A stretch of DNA of 38,876 bases from a virus (lineage: Duplodnaviria > Caudoviricetes). How positions within the stretch are numbered: position 1 is the stretch's first letter; the number at the start of each line of letters is the position of its first letter. Below are positions 1-9,417 of this stretch, in pieces. The stretch is from positions 1 to 38,876 of the IMG/VR virus record IMGVR_UViG_3300046010_003086; one strand, written 5' to 3'. The translations under genes were made by a program, and so were the position numbers. The notes beneath the pieces were generated by a model, which did not search any database, was not told the origin of the DNA, and saw nothing but the letters and a program-made list of their open reading frames with translations.

Positions 1-552
1 AAAGTTCTGAAAATAATTTTGAGAAACTGAATTATCATTTGGGCGTACATAAATAGTTCCTGTTCCTGTTAGAGAACCAGTTCCTACTACATAAAGATGT
101 GTGTATGCGCCAAGTGAAGTAAAACTTATTACCGCAGAACTGCCTGTACCGTTTTGAGTTCCTATTAGTTTCATATTAGCCCTTTATTCCATAAAGCCAC
201 GCTTGGCAGTTTGCCGCCCATACATAACTAGATGCTTCTGTGAACATAGAGATTTTTGTAATAGCCGATGTGTTATTCCAAAATACAGAAAAATGATCCG
301 CGTGAGCATCATTACTTGTAGAACTTACTGCTCTAACTCCGCATAACTTTTTATAGGAAGTATTCGCATAGTCATAAATATCTATGACATTTACGCCAAA
401 CATGCTTTGTGCGCTTCGTGTGCCTAGACCAAAACTGTTATTTGCCGCTTCACGAAATGATGAACCATTGCCTCCAATAGTGTTAAGAAACTGCATTCCG
501 CCATTGTAGTAATTCCCACTTGTTGTGTCGTTGTTGAAAGCGACTTTACAAC
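1..552. repeat. Left copy of imperfect terminal direct repeat (assembly overlap of circularly permuted genome)
   Basis: 1-552 aligns ungapped to 38325-38876 (offset 38324); first 190 nt identical; about 28 substitutions by manual count. Confidence 0.95.
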
Positions 553-733
553 GCGTAGTTCCAGTTCCGTCTGTATCTTTCAGCATAGTGAGCAAACGCA
601 GATGCTTGTATGTAGTGGGTATCGAGGTAAATTCAAGGTTTGCTTGTGTAGATGTATTAGTTTGATAACTAATCAAAACCATGTCATCCGCATTAGCTAG
701 AAAACTAGAAGCGATAGTTCCGAGAATAGGCAT
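176..733 (-). CDS. Tail-tip/receptor-binding-associated protein, paralog 1 (starts MPILGTIASS)
   Basis: ATG at 733 overlaps the upstream TAA (TAATG); shares the LI..FTSIP.TY.HL ... SAIT.I ... LYG pattern with 37512..38021 and 38031..38498; low GC. Confidence 0.6.
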   Translation of the reverse strand: MPILGTIASSFLANADDMVLISYQTNTSTQANLEFTSIPTTYKHLRLLTMLKDTDGTGTTRCKVAFNNDTTSGNYYNGGMQFLNTIGGNGSSFREAANNSFGLGTRSAQSMFGVNVIDIYDYANTSYKKLCGVRAVSSTSNDAHADHFSVFWNNTSAITKISMFTEASSYVWAANCQAWLYGIKG

Positions 734-1476
734 TAGGCGATATCTCCCACTACATACCAAAGATCAGTTCCGGCTTTGATGAGTGTTGCTGAGGAGTATT
801 GCACTCGCAGTTTAGGTGCGGTGGCTGTAGCTCCTGTGCTAGATACTGTAGTAGTACCTGATGTGACCGCCTGGATAGTGACTTGACCTGCACCGATTTG
901 GATGATGTTGATCTGAGTGCCGATTGGATATGCCACAGATGCATTTGTCGGGATTGAATATGTCTGTGCAGATGCGTTAGATGCTGTGACAAGTTTGTCT
1001 TTGTCAGCTAACACGAAGGTATAGGTAGTACCTGTCTGTGCGTTGAAGGCTAGCGTAGATGATGCAAACTCTTTGGTAGATGATCCATCTCCAACGACAA
1101 TTTTGTCGTTTGTGCCATCCCATGCAATGCGACCCTCTGCGCTATTTGTAGTAGTTGAGAGAGTCAGGGTAGGTGTGGTGAGTGTTTTGTTAGTCAAAGT
1201 CTGTGCTGTAGATACATCCACAGTCGTAGCAGTATCGATTGCGATAGTGCCTGATGTGCTGATAGTGCCACCGGATAGACCTGTGCCAGCCGTGATAGAT
1301 GTGACTGTACCTGCACCCTGATAGCTCAGAGATGTCCAGGCAGTCGATCCTGTACCTATCTTGAACTTGCCTGTGTCTGACTCATATCCAAACTCGCCGG
1401 AGGCAAGTGTCGGATTGGCCGATGTCCATTGTGAGGCTGTACCCCTTCGGATTTGTATCTGTGTGACGACTGCCAT
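733..1476 (-). CDS. Tail fibre protein with Mtd-N-like N-terminal domain
   Basis: N-terminus IQIRRGTASQWTSANPTLASGEFGYESDTGKFKIG; QTLTNKT repeats; C-terminal domain paralogous to 1730..2770. Confidence 0.75.
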   Translation of the reverse strand: MAVVTQIQIRRGTASQWTSANPTLASGEFGYESDTGKFKIGTGSTAWTSLSYQGAGTVTSITAGTGLSGGTISTSGTIAIDTATTVDVSTAQTLTNKTLTTPTLTLSTTTNSAEGRIAWDGTNDKIVVGDGSSTKEFASSTLAFNAQTGTTYTFVLADKDKLVTASNASAQTYSIPTNASVAYPIGTQINIIQIGAGQVTIQAVTSGTTTVSSTGATATAPKLRVQYSSATLIKAGTDLWYVVGDIA

Positions 1477-1733
1477 TAGGGAGTACCTCCAGTGACGACT
1501 TGTGTAGCGGTGGTATCGGGAAACCCTCCGCTATATGGAGCTATGCTATCAAAAGAGCCACCATCCATATCGGTGAGTAGTGTGGCTGTTGATACTGCAG
1601 CCCATTGAGAGCCATCCCATACCATCAGACCTGTAGATGTGTTGAAGTAGAGATCACCTGTGCGAAGCGTAGGAGTTGATATTGCTGTCGCGCTCGCAGG
1701 GACATTTGTAGGTGTTAGAGCTAGGCGACTCAT
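1476..1733 (-). CDS. Small tail-fibre-associated protein
   Basis: GDLYFNTSTG..VWDGSQW fibre motif; coupled to both neighbours. Confidence 0.6.
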   Translation of the reverse strand: MSRLALTPTNVPASATAISTPTLRTGDLYFNTSTGLMVWDGSQWAAVSTATLLTDMDGGSFDSIAPYSGGFPDTTATQVVTGGTP

Positions 1734-2770
1734 GAGATATCACCCATGATGAGCCAGTTATCTGTAGATGTTTGTACTGCAGTCAGGGTGCTGTACTGCG
1801 CTCTAGCCTTCGGAGATGCGGCTGTAGCACCTGTAGATACAACAGTCACACCTGAGCCACCGGATACTGTCACCTGTCCAGCACCTAGTTGAGCCATGTT
1901 GATCTGCGCTCCGACAGGATATGCCACAGAGCTGTTCGGTGGGATAGTCACAGCGATAGCAGCAGCGTTGGTCAGCGTGGTCAGTTTCCCGTTGTCAGCT
2001 AGGACAGTTGTATAGGTCGTTCCTGTCTGAGCGTTGATGCCTAGATTTATGAGTGGGGATGTCAATGTTTTATTGGTCAGAGTCTCAGTACCTGTGAGGG
2101 TAGCTACTCCTGTCAGGGTGTTGCTCGCCGCACTAATCGTTTTATTGGTCAGAGTCTGCGCTGTATTGAGATCGACTGTTGTAGCTGTATCTATAGATAG
2201 GGTGACTGATCCAGATGAGCCACCTCCACTCAAGCCTGTACCGGCTACGACTGCGCTGATATCTCCTGACTCAGGGATATTGGTAGTCACGAGCACACGA
2301 GTATCTGTGATGTTAGCTGTGGTGAGCGCGGTAGCACCTGCAGCCACAGCGACAGTCGCTAGTGAGATGCTGTTAGCAGGAGTCGCAGGAGCTACAGGGC
2401 TACCTGCAGGAGTACCTGCTACTACCTGTAGTACCACATTGTTGAGAGAACCTGTGTAGTACGCATCGTTCACAGTCATGCATACTCGATCTATACGAGG
2501 ATTCGTAGGGTCAGCCGTAGTCACACCGAGCACTACTGTGTCATCGTTATATCCGACATATGTACCCATATTCGCCTGTGTCGTACCAACGATGGCTGCC
2601 CATCCTGATGCTACGCGTACTGACATACCGGCAGGGCTGTTCTGTGTGACAGCTAGCGAGGTGTCTTTGATGATACCTGTAGTCGCCCATAGTGCCTGAG
2701 TCGTCAGGCGGTCATTTTCTGCAGGATGTGATCCGTTTTGTAGCCACGAAGGGGGTGTTCTGAGTGTCAT
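1730..2770 (-). CDS. Minor tail / baseplate-fibre protein
   Basis: Follows Dit; ADPTNPRIDRV and SLATVAVAAG baseplate-type N-terminus; TLTNKT repeats; C-terminus shared with 733..1476. Confidence 0.75.
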   Translation of the reverse strand: MTLRTPPSWLQNGSHPAENDRLTTQALWATTGIIKDTSLAVTQNSPAGMSVRVASGWAAIVGTTQANMGTYVGYNDDTVVLGVTTADPTNPRIDRVCMTVNDAYYTGSLNNVVLQVVAGTPAGSPVAPATPANSISLATVAVAAGATALTTANITDTRVLVTTNIPESGDISAVVAGTGLSGGGSSGSVTLSIDTATTVDLNTAQTLTNKTISAASNTLTGVATLTGTETLTNKTLTSPLINLGINAQTGTTYTTVLADNGKLTTLTNAAAIAVTIPPNSSVAYPVGAQINMAQLGAGQVTVSGGSGVTVVSTGATAASPKARAQYSTLTAVQTSTDNWLIMGDIS

Positions 2771-2778
2771 CTATGCTC

Positions 2779-3642
2779 CTAGATATACGCTGACTGCCAG
2801 GTCACAACAGCCCCTGTCACACCCACTACTGTACTACCTGCGTTGCCTGTCAGGTAGAAAGAGTTATTGCCTGGCTGTGCGGAGAACCACTCTCCAGATG
2901 TCAGTAGGTTGCGAGCAGGGTTGCCGTTCAAAGTGATGAGCTTGTTGTATAGGTCAATGACGAGATAGTCGGTGTTGGTGATACTGCAGGTGAAGTTCAG
3001 CTCCTTACCCTCTGTGTCATTTCCGAGTATCGGGTTATCTATCGGCCCATTGAGTGTGATGGTCGGATAGGTATCAGTCCATCCGTTGTTAGTGATAGTG
3101 GTGACGATTTCTACGCTACCTCCACCATATTCGAGGTTGTACACGCGGTCATAAGTACGACCCCCAGGAGGTGTATAGGCGAGCGTAGCTGTTTGGATAT
3201 TGCTGTCATAGTAGCGAGGGTCAGGGCAGAAGAAGTTCACCTGCCCCACGATGTATCCATATGTGTAGTTAGGATCGAGAGTGACCTGCATACCTCTCAC
3301 GCGAGCGTTGATGACCTGCTCACCCTCAGCGTTTGAGAGTAGAAAGTAGAGAGGTGTAGTGCCTGATGTCTGAGGCAGTAGGGCTCTCTGTAATGTGTTG
3401 AAGTTAGCCTGAGCTGATGCTCCAGGTGAGCCCGTGACCTGAAAGGTGATGCTGATATTTCGACCAGCTAGGAAGTCGCGACCTGTGAACATACCATCGG
3501 CATATCCTCGGTTGTCATCCTGATTGCGGATACCTGGCAGACCCTCTAGACCATCCACAGCGAGTATCTGATATGGCGATCCTGTACCGCCGAACACCTG
3601 ATTGTTGAAAGAAAACGAATAGTTGGCTATGACCTGTGGCAT
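2779..3642 (-). CDS. Distal tail protein (Dit)
   Basis: Immediately downstream of tape measure; FFCPDPRYY, NNG..TYPTITLNGP and PGNN motifs. Confidence 0.75.
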   Translation of the reverse strand: MPQVIANYSFSFNNQVFGGTGSPYQILAVDGLEGLPGIRNQDDNRGYADGMFTGRDFLAGRNISITFQVTGSPGASAQANFNTLQRALLPQTSGTTPLYFLLSNAEGEQVINARVRGMQVTLDPNYTYGYIVGQVNFFCPDPRYYDSNIQTATLAYTPPGGRTYDRVYNLEYGGGSVEIVTTITNNGWTDTYPTITLNGPIDNPILGNDTEGKELNFTCSITNTDYLVIDLYNKLITLNGNPARNLLTSGEWFSAQPGNNSFYLTGNAGSTVVGVTGAVVTWQSAYI

Positions 3643-6600
3643 CAGATTTCTCCATACTTTGCGCGCCTGTTGGCTATGACTGTCGCGGAACTAGGTATTG
3701 TCACAGTTCGTGATGCTATGGAGGCAGCCCCGATAGCTCCACTTTCCCTAGAGGCAAGAGCAGTAGGTGAGGTAGGCACGATGACATTTCCAAATCTGAT
3801 AGCTGAGACTGTGCTCGTGCTCACGAGCTGAGTATCTACTGCGGTTGCGGTGAAGTTTTGAGTGATATTTGTGGTCGTACCGCCCTTCGATCCTGAACCC
3901 CCACTCTGACCAAATGGTGTGCCTGTATATGGGATAGGTGTATAGACCGGTGCGGAAGCGAGCGCGGCAGCAGCAGCCTGAGCAGCCTGTAGAGCAGCCA
4001 TAGCAGCAGCGACCTCGGCTAGTTTGGCTTTGAGATCATCTAGTTTCTTCTGTGTGCTCTTGTTGATCTCATCTATCGCCTTCTCATAGGATTTCTGAGC
4101 ATCCTCTAGAGCCTTCTGCAGGGTCTTTTGAGCCTCAGCTAGACCCTCATTGAGTCGTTTGTGAGCCTCAGCACGAGCCTTCGCTAGTGTTTTCTCAGCC
4201 TCTGCGAGCGCAGCATCAAGTGTGGCTTGAGCCTCAGCGATGGATTCCTGCATCGCAGTCATAGCCTCAGTCATACGAGCATCACGCTCTGCTTTAGCCT
4301 CAGTCATCGCTGCCTGATATGCAGCCTGAGCATCAGCTAGACCCTCTTGCATCTGTCGATCTACCTCAGTCAGAGACTGTCTGAGATCAGTAGCGACCTG
4401 GGTATATGCCTCCATGAGCTCCGATGTAGCTAACTTGCCACCCTCGTTCATGGTCTTGGCGAGCGTATCTAGTCCATGCTCGCTGACATTTTCTACCTGT
4501 CCATATAGAAGCTGTAGTTCTTTGGTCGCATCCGGTGATGCAGCCTTGAGAGCCTCAGCGATTTTGTTGCCAGCCTCAGGCCCGTTCTTGACTACCTGCT
4601 CGATGAAGGTCTGGCTATAGCCCATACCTGCGAGCGCAGCAGCGTTAGCCTGTAGCTCTTTGGCTGCCGCTAGTTTGTTCTTGAGATCACTCAGTAGGGC
4701 ATCGGCAGACTTACCACCTGCCATAGCCTCACCGAGATTGAATCCTGTTTTGGATGCGAACGCGGAGCGTAGTCGATCCATAGATTGCTGGATGATTCCT
4801 GCCTGTTTCTCCGCAGCCTTTTGTGTCAGCTCAGCTCGTTTGCTGTTTGCAGACTCTTGGATATCACGCAGTTTGTTTTGTAGGGCTTTCTCTAGGTCAG
4901 CCACTTTGTCGTTGTACTGTTTGGCTATCTGTATCTGTTGAGATGCAAAACGCTTCTTCGCCTCAGCCTCAGCCTTGCGATAGCTCTCTCTAGCATCCGC
5001 CCTCTGCTCCTCGGCGCGCTCCTCAGCATCAGCGATGGACTCTGCATACTGTTTGTTGAGATCAGCTACAGTCTCGTTATATCTCTCATGAGCCTCAGCC
5101 ATGCGCTCATTACGAGTCTCAAGTGCCTCTTGAGCCTTTTCTTGAGCATCAGCGATGACCTCATTCATATCTTTGTAGATGTCCTCGACATCTTTCTTGT
5201 AATCCTTGAGTTTGTCTAGGCGTTTCTGTTCCTCTTTGGCTGCCTTTTCTAGAGCCTTTGCATCCACAGTCGCTGTAGTAGTGGTCTTGCCACCCTTCTT
5301 AGTGGTATCCACATCCTTCTCGGCTTTGGCTTTCGCTTTGCCCACATTGTCTAGAGTCTTGATGAGGCTGTTTGCTTTGGCTGCTGCCTTATCTGCAAAG
5401 TCGCTGACTCCATCTAGACCTTTGTTGAGTAGATCGAGTCCACTCTTTGCATACTTGCCTACGCCTGGGAGTTTTGATAGCGCAGTCAGTACACCCTTGA
5501 GTGGAGTCATCAGGAACTTGAGGACAGCCTCACCCACCTTGCCTACCATCGGGATGATAGATGCGAAGGCGGTCAGACCAGCCTTGCCTACCGAGATGAT
5601 GACATTGCGGAAGGTTTCGCTGTTCTTCCATAGTTTGACTAGACCTGCAGCGAGCAGACCTACTGCGATGACTATCAGACCGATAGGGTTCATCTTTTGA
5701 GCAAGATTGAGAAGTTTCTGAGCTATCTCAGCGCGCTTCACAGCGAGTGTATAGACACCCCACGCTACTGATCCGATACCGACTGCAATAGCGAACGCTT
5801 TGATCTCATCCTGATTGTTTTTGAAGAAGTTGCCTAGTTTTTGTAGCAGAGGTATGCCCACCTTGAGTACAGCTAGTAGTCCCTGGAACGCTGGCATGAG
5901 AGCATCTCCGAGCGCGACCTTCGCATCTTCCATCTTCGCCTGTAGCGTTTTCATGGTGTTCGCTGTGCCATCGGCAGTACGCGCATAGTCACCCTGAGCT
6001 AGGGCTGTGTCTTTCATGATGAGCGCATATGCCGCCTGAGCCTTAGCCGCAGGAGTCAGCGCATCAGATGTGGACTTGATGAGTCCGAGAGACAACGCCT
6101 CAGTCTTGAGTCGAGCCTCGTTCATCGCTACACCGAACTTCTTGAGTGGCTCTGTCTCACCGGATAGACCTGATCTCAGAGCTGTGATTGCATCATCTAT
6201 CGAGGTGTTGTTGAAAGATGCCATGTCGGATGCGAGCTGTACGAGAGACATGGACATATCCTGTGCCTGTCCCTGTCCTAGCCCGAATGCCTGGAACAAG
6301 TTGCCGTATGTACCTGCAGCCTCTAGAGCAGCCTGATTGCTGATACCCATACTGTCTGCTGCAGTTTTACCCCACGCCTCTACTGCTGCTGCGCCATCTC
6401 CAAAGACCACGCGTACCTTTGATAGTGACTCTGCCATGTTTGAGGCAGCCATAACTGTGTCTTTGGCGAATGCGGCTATCTGTGTACCTGCAAAAGCAAC
6501 ACCAAGAGTCGAGGCTACATTTTTGAGTTTGCTAGAGAAGTTGCTCATGCCGGTACTAGCGACCTTCACATTGTCATCTACTCCTTTGATAGCCGCCTGT

Positions 6601-6674
6601 GCCTGAGCAAGACCCTGTTTGAGGCTAGTGACATCAGCCTGTATCTGTACGAGAATCGGAGGTATTGCTGTCAT
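3642..6674 (-). CDS. Tape measure protein
   Basis: About 1010 aa, Ala/Lys/Glu-rich helical; LASDMASFNN..ALRSGLSGETEPLKKFG and NPIGLIVIAVGLL motifs; likely start MTAIPP at 6674. Confidence 0.93.
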   Translation of the reverse strand: MTAIPPILVQIQADVTSLKQGLAQAQAAIKGVDDNVKVASTGMSNFSSKLKNVASTLGVAFAGTQIAAFAKDTVMAASNMAESLSKVRVVFGDGAAAVEAWGKTAADSMGISNQAALEAAGTYGNLFQAFGLGQGQAQDMSMSLVQLASDMASFNNTSIDDAITALRSGLSGETEPLKKFGVAMNEARLKTEALSLGLIKSTSDALTPAAKAQAAYALIMKDTALAQGDYARTADGTANTMKTLQAKMEDAKVALGDALMPAFQGLLAVLKVGIPLLQKLGNFFKNNQDEIKAFAIAVGIGSVAWGVYTLAVKRAEIAQKLLNLAQKMNPIGLIVIAVGLLAAGLVKLWKNSETFRNVIISVGKAGLTAFASIIPMVGKVGEAVLKFLMTPLKGVLTALSKLPGVGKYAKSGLDLLNKGLDGVSDFADKAAAKANSLIKTLDNVGKAKAKAEKDVDTTKKGGKTTTTATVDAKALEKAAKEEQKRLDKLKDYKKDVEDIYKDMNEVIADAQEKAQEALETRNERMAEAHERYNETVADLNKQYAESIADAEERAEEQRADARESYRKAEAEAKKRFASQQIQIAKQYNDKVADLEKALQNKLRDIQESANSKRAELTQKAAEKQAGIIQQSMDRLRSAFASKTGFNLGEAMAGGKSADALLSDLKNKLAAAKELQANAAALAGMGYSQTFIEQVVKNGPEAGNKIAEALKAASPDATKELQLLYGQVENVSEHGLDTLAKTMNEGGKLATSELMEAYTQVATDLRQSLTEVDRQMQEGLADAQAAYQAAMTEAKAERDARMTEAMTAMQESIAEAQATLDAALAEAEKTLAKARAEAHKRLNEGLAEAQKTLQKALEDAQKSYEKAIDEINKSTQKKLDDLKAKLAEVAAAMAALQAAQAAAAALASAPVYTPIPYTGTPFGQSGGSGSKGGTTTNITQNFTATAVDTQLVSTSTVSAIRFGNVIVPTSPTALASRESGAIGAASIASRTVTIPSSATVIANRRAKYGEI

Positions 6675-6675
6675 A

Positions 6676-7080
6676 TCAACCCCTGATCCGCGATACAAGC
6701 GCGCTAGTGAATACTCTGTTCAAAGTGCCGTTAGCTGAGAGATTTCTCGCTGCTGGCCCAAGATAAGGATATTTTACGCCTGGCTTCCATCTTGGGTGTC
6801 CTAGTTCCACAGCTCGTGCATAGACCATAGTGGCAGATACGACTACTGAGTAGCTATCGCCAAATCCTTTGATAGGCATGGAGGTAGTGATACTTCTGCG
6901 CAGATTACCTGTGCGCACATTTGGACCAGGGCGACCTGATGCGTTTTGTTTAGCTTGTCGCTCTACAGCTAGACCTGTGATCTGTATAGCCTGAGCTACA
7001 GCCTGGTCAATCTGCTCCGCTTTTCTCTGTATGCCTGAGATGACCTCAGATAGGTTAGGTATCGTCACTCGTGCGGTCAC
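6676..7080 (-). CDS. HK97 gp10-like tail completion protein
   Basis: VRTGNLRRSI, YARAVELG and PYLGPA motifs. Confidence 0.8.
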   Translation of the reverse strand: MTARVTIPNLSEVISGIQRKAEQIDQAVAQAIQITGLAVERQAKQNASGRPGPNVRTGNLRRSITTSMPIKGFGDSYSVVVSATMVYARAVELGHPRWKPGVKYPYLGPAARNLSANGTLNRVFTSALVSRIRG

Positions 7081-7307
7081 GATCTCTCCATCCTCTCTGC
7101 CTTCACCTCATCTACTACTGCGGCTATAGCCCAAAGCCAATCCGCCGTATTAGCCGGTAGATCATCTACCTGGTCAGGTGTCCATCCGAACCTGTCGGCT
7201 GCGATGTAGTACACCCACTCCTCATCGGGATAGTCAAACGCCTCGTGGCGTTGTCCACCCTGAATCAGCCATTTGAGCCGTTCGAGTCGGCGGTAGTCGC
7301 TTTTGGG
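7077..7307 (-). CDS. -1 frameshift extension of tail assembly chaperone (G-T-like)
   Basis: In-frame heptamer C CCA AAA at 7307-7301; -1 frame reads SDYRRLERLKW...RFGWTPDQVDDLP...RMERS* to TGA at 7077, overlapping the next GTG. Confidence 0.85.
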   Translation of the reverse strand, partial: PKSDYRRLERLKWLIQGGQRHEAFDYPDEEWVYYIAADRFGWTPDQVDDLPANTADWLWAIAAVVDEVKAERMERS

Positions 7308-7627
7308 TCTTTTTCAGTCTCATCAGTCTTGGCTAGAGATGGGAACAGAACTTCCTGTGCCTCTTTTGTCATTTCTACGAGTACATCGTAGTCAGCCATA
7401 TCTAGCTCATCTAGTGTGTCTAGTTTGACTGATGGGATGACGAGATCGAACGACCAGTCCTCGACCAACATGGCGATGAGTGAGTCCGATAGAGCCATCG
7501 CTTTTGACAAGTCTCCACCATCTACCTCTGATGCTCTCAGTACGCGCTTACGATCCTTGACCTTGAGGGTCTTTGGGTCTTTGAGAGTAGCTGTAGCACC
7601 CGATGGGAGTTTGATCTGCTTTGACAT
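7265..7627 (-). CDS. Tail assembly chaperone (lambda G-like)
   Basis: Downstream of major tail protein; SD GGAGG; slippery site near its 3' end. Confidence 0.85.
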   Translation of the reverse strand: MSKQIKLPSGATATLKDPKTLKVKDRKRVLRASEVDGGDLSKAMALSDSLIAMLVEDWSFDLVIPSVKLDTLDELDMADYDVLVEMTKEAQEVLFPSLAKTDETEKDPKATTADSNGSNG

Positions 7628-7666
7628 TTTGCCTCCTTAGAAAATATGCCTTCGCGCATCATAACT

Positions 7667-7730
7667 GAAAAGGAACAGGAGCGTGGGATAGTGGGGAAGG
7701 CGTACCACTATCGACCAACGCTCCTGTTCT
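7667..7730 (-). terminator. Long hairpin / probable intrinsic terminator after major tail gene
   Basis: gaacaggagcgt (7673-7684) pairs with acgctcctgttc (7718-7729); inner gatagtgg/ccactatc; followed by CTTTT on the minus strand. Confidence 0.7.
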
Positions 7731-7737
7731 GGAACTA

Positions 7738-8724
7738 CTAGGCGTATGTGCCTGATGCTTTGGCGTTCTTTAGCACCCACTTGATAGGAGCGAAACCACC
7801 TGTTGATCCTGCATCTGTGGTGTTGCCCTGTCCGTTGAGATCGATTGTGACCTGTACATAGTCCTCGCCACGCTCGATAACTGCTGCGGTATATGCGCCC
7901 TTAGTGATGGTCGCTTGTACCTGTAGCTCGTTTGCGCCTGTGCCATATGCCCAGTTGAGCACGATAGCTGGCTGAGTGTTGTTGAGGAAGCGTGTGAGTT
8001 CTGTGTCGTTCTCCATGATGAAGGTGATTTTGCCTGTGACCTCTAGAGGGCCGAGGAATACCTGATATGGATTCTGTGTGCTAGCGATGCCATATACAGG
8101 AGTGACATTGCGCTTCATGTCAATGTTTCCAGTCATAGCGTTGCTGACTGCGCTACCGCCGATAGATACAGTACCGCGCCATACCGGTGTAGGTAGGATG
8201 GTAGAGAAAGTCGGTGAGGTTGATGTCTCTGTGCTAGATGCCCATCCTGTCGCCTTTGAGTCGTACTCCAACATTCCATCTGCGTTGAAGCGGAGGGAGA
8301 AGTCTGAGAACTGGCATCCTGGATATGAGCGATTGCCTGCAGCATAGAAATCTGTGAGTGTGTAGCTGATTGGCTGGTCATCTGCTGCTGCTGTGAGGCT
8401 GTTCTTGAGCGAGATGGTATGTGTATATGGTGCAGATACACCTGCAGTAGCCACGCTACCTAGCAGACCTGCGATGGAGTATCCGATGGTGTCTGCAAAT
8501 ACAGCTCCACCGAAGTCCACAGTCGATCTTGTGCGACCCTGGATGTAGTTGTAGTTCACAACATTTGAGCCACGAAGCCCTGTGTCGTATAGCGGATCAA
8601 CGATATCTACAGGCTTCAAGCTGTCTTTAGCGACAGGGATGAAGTCAGTAGGTGCTACAACCGTACCTTTTGTCACTTCTTTGGCGATACCGAGGTACGA
8701 GCGTACCGATTGTTGTACGGACAT
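7738..8724 (-). CDS. Major tail tube protein
   Basis: 328 aa; N-terminal YLGIAKE..GT..PTDFIP; located between tail terminator and chaperone. Confidence 0.85.
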   Translation of the reverse strand: MSVQQSVRSYLGIAKEVTKGTVVAPTDFIPVAKDSLKPVDIVDPLYDTGLRGSNVVNYNYIQGRTRSTVDFGGAVFADTIGYSIAGLLGSVATAGVSAPYTHTISLKNSLTAAADDQPISYTLTDFYAAGNRSYPGCQFSDFSLRFNADGMLEYDSKATGWASSTETSTSPTFSTILPTPVWRGTVSIGGSAVSNAMTGNIDMKRNVTPVYGIASTQNPYQVFLGPLEVTGKITFIMENDTELTRFLNNTQPAIVLNWAYGTGANELQVQATITKGAYTAAVIERGEDYVQVTIDLNGQGNTTDAGSTGGFAPIKWVLKNAKASGTYA

Positions 8725-8725
8725 T

Positions 8726-8920
8726 TCACTCTCCTGCTTTCTGGTCTGTCGAGGCAGACGGTTTGATTGGTGCTGTTGGTACTACTTTGGGTGCTGAACC
8801 TGCAGGTGCGCAGTCAGGATGTGCAAATCCTTCGGGCGCATCAAACTCATCACCTGGCTTGACTGTGACCCCAATAGCAGGGAACACTCGTTCATCTGTG
8901 CCGTTATATTTCAGTCTCAT
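8726..8920 (-). CDS. Small virion-associated hypothetical protein
   Basis: SD AAGGAG; fills the gap in the tail operon. Confidence 0.65.
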   Translation of the reverse strand: MRLKYNGTDERVFPAIGVTVKPGDEFDAPEGFAHPDCAPAGSAPKVVPTAPIKPSASTDQKAGE

Positions 8921-8928
8921 GGTGCTCC

Positions 8929-9417
8929 TTATGCTTGGATCATCTCAGTCACATCGAATTCTAACTCAGCGTATGTCTCTGTTGCGCCCTCATTGCTAGT
9001 CGCAGGTTCTCCATACCGAGCTCTGATGATGGGCTCTGCACCCTGCCACACGAGGTTGCCTGTGGTGTCGCCGAAGTTATGGTCAGACCGAAGCCTCTCT
9101 TTGATGTTGTCCACGAGGGTATCAAAATCTGTCATCGCGCTCTCGGCGTTTGTATGCATAGAGTGTGTGTAGAGCTGTATGACGACTGAGTAGTCCACAC
9201 GCTTCCATCCGCTATGCGCTCCGCCGATGGCTAGGCGAGTCTCGTTCTCCGCCGCGATAAAGATGACGGCAGCAGATCGAGTCATCTGCCCAGGCTGTGC
9301 GTTCACCTGATAGTTGATGCGCTTCGGGAAAGATGTGAACACCTGATTGAGGGTAGGTATAGGTGGATTTGATATGAAAGATGAGAGGGTAGCTCGTACC
9401 CCTGTGCGCCCTGCCAT
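8929..9417 (-). CDS. Tail terminator / head-tail joining protein
   Basis: Size, position before major tail gene, alternating beta pattern. Confidence 0.6.
   Translation of the reverse strand: MAGRTGVRATLSSFISNPPIPTLNQVFTSFPKRINYQVNAQPGQMTRSAAVIFIAAENETRLAIGGAHSGWKRVDYSVVIQLYTHSMHTNAESAMTDFDTLVDNIKERLRSDHNFGDTTGNLVWQGAEPIIRARYGEPATSNEGATETYAELEFDVTEMIQA

Noticed and set aside
1-552. Diversity-generating retroelement (TR/VR pair) suggested by an imperfect repeat near an Mtd-N fibre
   Set aside because: Differences are mostly synonymous third-position changes involving all bases, not adenine-specific, and no reverse transcriptase is present
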